DNA from: Macrostomum lignano
Lineage: Eukaryota
Reading direction: 5' to 3'
Length of the DNA: 64,000 bases
NCBI GenBank assembly: GCA_002269645.1
Contig: NIVC01001689.1
Coordinates: forward strand, 1 to 64,000
Below are positions 60,101 through 64,000 of the stretch, piece by piece (the first letter of the stretch is position 1; each line of letters starts with the position of its first letter). The notes under the pieces are model-generated. The model was not told where the DNA came from. It saw nothing but the letters and a program-made list of their open reading frames with translations, and made no database searches. A program made the position numbers and the translations under genes.

Positions 60101-61860
60101 CGCTTCTATGATTGTTTACATGACGCTTCTAGGATTGTTTACATGGCGCTTCTATGATTGTTTACATGACGCTTCTAGGATTGTTTACATGACAATTCTA
60201 GGATTGTTTACATGACGCTTCTATGATTGTTTACATGACGCTTCTATGATTTTTACATGACGCTTCTATGATTGTTTACATGACGCTTCTATGATTTTTA
60301 CATGACGCTTCTATGATTTTTACATGACGCTTCTATGATTTTTACATGACGTTTTTATGATTTTTTACATGACGCTTTGATGATTTTTTACATGACGCTT
60401 CTACGATTTTGGCAGGACGATTCTATGATTTTACATGACGCTTCTACGATTTGTTACATGACGCTTCTATGATTGTTTCATGACGCTTCTATGATTTTTA
60501 CATGACGCTTCTATGATTGTTTACATTCTTCTATGCTTGTTTACATGACGCTTTTATGATTGTTTACATTCTTCAATGCTTGTTTACATGACGCTTCTAT
60601 GATTGTTTAAATGACGCTTGAATGATTGTTTATATGACGCTTGAATGATTGTTTACATGACGCTTTTATGATTTTTACATGGCGCTTCTATGATTGTTTA
60701 CATGACGCTTCTATGATTGTTTACATGACGCTTCTAGGATTGTTTACATGACGCTTCTATGATTGTTTACATGACGCTTCTAGGATTGTTTACATGACAC
60801 TTCTAGGATTGTTTACATGGCGCTTCTATGATTGTTTACATGACGCTTCTATGATTGTTTCATGACGCTTCTATGATTGTTTACATGACGCTTCAAGGAT
60901 TTTTTACATGACGCTTCTACGATTTTGGCAGGACGATTCTATGATTTTACATGACGCTTCTATGATTTTTACATGACGCTTTTATGATTTTTACATGCCG
61001 CTTCTATGATTGTTTACATGACGCTTCTATGATTGTTTACATGACGCTTCTAGGATTGTTTACATGGCGCTTCTATGATTGTTTACATGACACTTCTAGG
61101 ATTGTTTACATGACGATTCTAGGATTGTTTACATGACGCTTCTATGATTGTTTACATGACGCTTCTATGATTTTTACATGACGCTTCTATGATTGTTTAC
61201 ATGACGCTTCTATGATTTTAACACGACGCTTCTATGATTGTTTCATGACGCTTCTATGATTGTTTACATGACGCTTCTATGATTGTTTACATGACGCTTC
61301 TATGATTTTTACATGACGCTTCTATGATTGTTTCATGACGCTTCTATGATTGTTTACATGACGCTTCTATGATTTTTACATGACGCTTCTATGATTGTTT
61401 ATATGACGCTTCTATGATTGTTTACATGACGCTTCTATGATTGTTTCATGACGCTTCTATGATTTTTACATGACGCTTCTATGATTTTTACATGACGCTT
61501 CTATGATTGTTTATATGACGCTTCTATGATTTTTACATGACGCTTCTATGATTTTTACATGACGCTTCTATGATTTTTACATGACGCTTCTATGATTTTT
61601 TACATGACGCTTCTATGATTTTTACACGACGCTTCTATGATTGTTTACATGACGCTTCTATGATTGTTTACATGACGCTTCTATGATTTTCACATGACGC
61701 TTCTATGATTGTTTCATGACGCTTCTATGATTGTTTACATGACGCTTCTATGATTTTTACATGACGCTTCTATGATTGTTTGTATGACGCTTCTATGATT
61801 TTTACATGACGCTTCTATGATTGTTTACATGATGCTTCTATGATTTTTACAGGATGCTTC
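57170..61860. repeat. 4.7-kb satellite of 22-24-bp monomers (CATGACGCTTCTATGATTGTTTA) with higher-order structure
   Basis: About 200 monomers; landmark variants recur. Confidence 0.97.
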
Positions 61861-61925
61861 TTTTTAAAAAGTCTTTTAGTTTTCCTGACGTTGAAAAGCT
61901 TTAATTAAAAAAATTATACTCTATG

Positions 61926-61984
61926 AAAATTCGAACCATCGTCTCTGCATTTAGCAGTTCAGTTTGTTCACCTCTAGGCTAGTT
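61926..61984 (-). mobile_element. Degenerate tRNA-derived SINE head
   Basis: TAGCCTAGAGG (A-box-like) and GGTTCGAATT (B-box-like) at tRNA-like spacing; resembles the head of the 19.7-kb SINE. Confidence 0.4.
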
Positions 61985-62579
61985 CTTATCGTTTTGATAA
62001 CATCAAATTTTGCACTTATATAATTCAACACTTTAAAATCCTAGCAGTTACGACATAATCAATATCCAGTCAGTCAGTATCAGTTAACAATATGGTTACG
62101 CAATCTAAATCAAGTCTAGTGCTACGCTTCCACACTGCATTTTCAATTCAAGTCGGAGTTACAATTCAGTTATGACACAATCTATTTCGGAATCAGAATT
62201 CAACCAGTCAGTTTTTTTCTCTAGCATTCTTACAATGCATTTCAAGTCGAAAAGTTTGCTTGACCTTTGCAAAAAAGCATGTTTTTCGAATATTTAATGC
62301 CTTTAGCATCAAGCAATTTCTTAGCCACAATGCATGTACCGTCACGGGAAAATTTCTGATCGAACAGTGCAAGTCTCATGAAAATCGGTTAAGCCATTTT
62401 TTCTCTAATCGATTACAAGCAAGCAAGCAAGATTTTCATTTTTAGTATATTAGATATGCTGGCTCTATGGTGCAATTTCCTGTGTATTGTTCCATATGCT
62501 AGATACTTTATGCCAACCATTTTTGGTCTATTAAATACTAGAATTTTCTGGCATAAATATAAGATTTAAGAGTGGGAGG

Positions 62580-62915
62580 TAGAGGTTAGATAGGATCCCA
62601 ATTCTACAACATTGGGATCCCAATCCTAAAAAATAGGAACCAAGAATAGGTTTTTTGGTTTAAAATCTATGGAATTGATGATTGTTTTAATGCATTTTTT
62701 ACTTGTACTCATTATATTGTTATAATTCTTTGGTTACAAAACTTTGCATTATTCTATTCTATTTTATTCTTTTGATCTTAATATTGTTCAACCTTGTTAA
62801 CACATATTGATTATAATATTTTAAAGACCTAATTCCAATTCCTAAATCCCAACCCTAAAAAATTTTTTTCCCAATCCTGATCCAACCCAATGACTTCAAT
62901 CCTGTCCAACTTCTA
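62580..62915. mobile_element. Old hAT-like MITE
   Basis: TAGAGGTTAGATAGGAT / ATCCTGTCCAACTTCTA imperfect TIRs; flanks GTGGGAGG / GTAGGAGA (6/8). Confidence 0.5.
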
Positions 62916-63365
62916 GTAGGAGATAAGCCCTAGGGCCCTATAGTCTAGATCCTATATTTTAGTATATGCTAAGTCTAGTATAGAAAAAAATATACTATAA
63001 GACCTTGGTTAAATGCTTGGACTAAAATGCATCATTGACAAAATGTTTTAATAGTAAGTCAATTTGCCAAAAGTTGATTTGCCAAAAAATCAATTTACCA
63101 AAAGCAGGTTGTTTTGCCAAAAGTTATTTTGTCAAATAAATAAACAACAAACAAATTTCAATGAGCAAATGAAATATATATAAACAATTAATAATGTTTA
63201 TTTATCTTGTGCATATTTGTTTGTTTGTTTAAAATTGCTGTTTAATAATCTGGATACCTTGTTTATGGCTAGCCTAATGAATCAATAATAAGCCTAATGC
63301 AGCTAGCCTAGTCAGTCACAGGCTCATAGCGGCAACTGGGGGCAGGGGGTGCTAGGCCTCTGTGA

Positions 63366-63661
63366 CATACATGCGCAACAGTCGGCTGAGTCGGCCGATC
63401 CGGCCAACTGATTTGGCGGCCAACCAAGTAAGTCGCAAAAAGGCCCACTTGAAAAACACAAAGTAGTAGTACTAAGTAGCTGATGAGGCATTTTAGCTTT
63501 ATAAGACAATCATAGTTACTCCTGCCATTTACCCAAAGTTGCATTTATTTGCTTTCCGGTTTTTTTACATGTAAGTTGCATTTTTTGGCCAAAAACTACG
63601 TCACATTTTTGTTAAAACTAAGTTGCACGGCCGACCGAATTTTGGAGGTTACGCATGTATG
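63366..63661. mobile_element. MITE with CATACATGCGCAAC TIRs, copy 2
   Basis: Clearly homologous to 52454-52727; TSD CTCTGTGA / CTCTGTAA (7/8). Confidence 0.85.
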
Positions 63662-64000
63662 CTCTGTAATGGGGAGGGGGCCTGAAAATTTGGCCTAGAT
63701 CAGCTGGCCGGGGGGTGGGGAGTCATGACTCCCCCTTGGCTACGCCCTTGCCTAGGCTTAAATTAAGCCTCGAGGCAATTTAATGGCTAATGGCTAACTC
63801 TTAAGAAGTTTACTGTGAGTCTGTGTAGGCCTACTTATAATTTAAATTTAATGAAATGAAATGGTAAATGTTAAGAGCTAGTTTTTTTATAGGCTTAAGC
63901 TTTTGTTTTATAAGCAAAGCTAGGCGGCTATCCTGTAGTTTCGCACGTTAAATTATTTTACGGAATTATTTCGCCCTCTATTCAAGGGTGGTGGGGGGTG

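Noticed and set aside
613-61860. CRISPR arrays
   Set aside because: All arrays are head-to-tail monomers without unique spacers; there are no cas genes and the context is eukaryotic.

Overview
Eukaryotic genomic DNA from an animal, with no prokaryotic features. The style (GC-rich, Ala/Gln-rich exons; introns filled with private minisatellites; long AT-rich tracts) resembles a free-living flatworm such as Macrostomum; this assignment is an inference. Five host genes could be assembled by hand with phase-compatible splice sites: a TGF-beta/activin type I receptor with an unusually long ectodomain (-, 5 exons, 699 aa), an STXBP4/Synip-like PDZ-EF-coiled coil-WW protein (+), a His-rich single-pass membrane protein (-), La/SSB (-, 4 exons) and an intronless Bax inhibitor-1 (-). 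Mobile DNA includes a Ngaro/DIRS-type tyrosine-recombinase retroelement with open gag, RT-RNaseH and YR frames; a full-length P-superfamily transposon with about 308-bp TIRs inside La intron 3; a decayed P/Galileo-like element (7-bp TSD) carrying a Helitron fragment; a Gypsy-type solo LTR; a CORE-SINE; a LINE remnant; and several MITEs. Most notable signals: histone-mRNA-type 3' stem-loops pointing outward at both ends of the solo LTR; a canonical -1 frameshift cassette at the gag/RT overlap of the YR retroelement, plus a splice acceptor in front of its ATG-less YR frame; a receptor with a possible doubled ectodomain encoded by an AT-rich first exon; and a GA-AG third intron in the P transposase.
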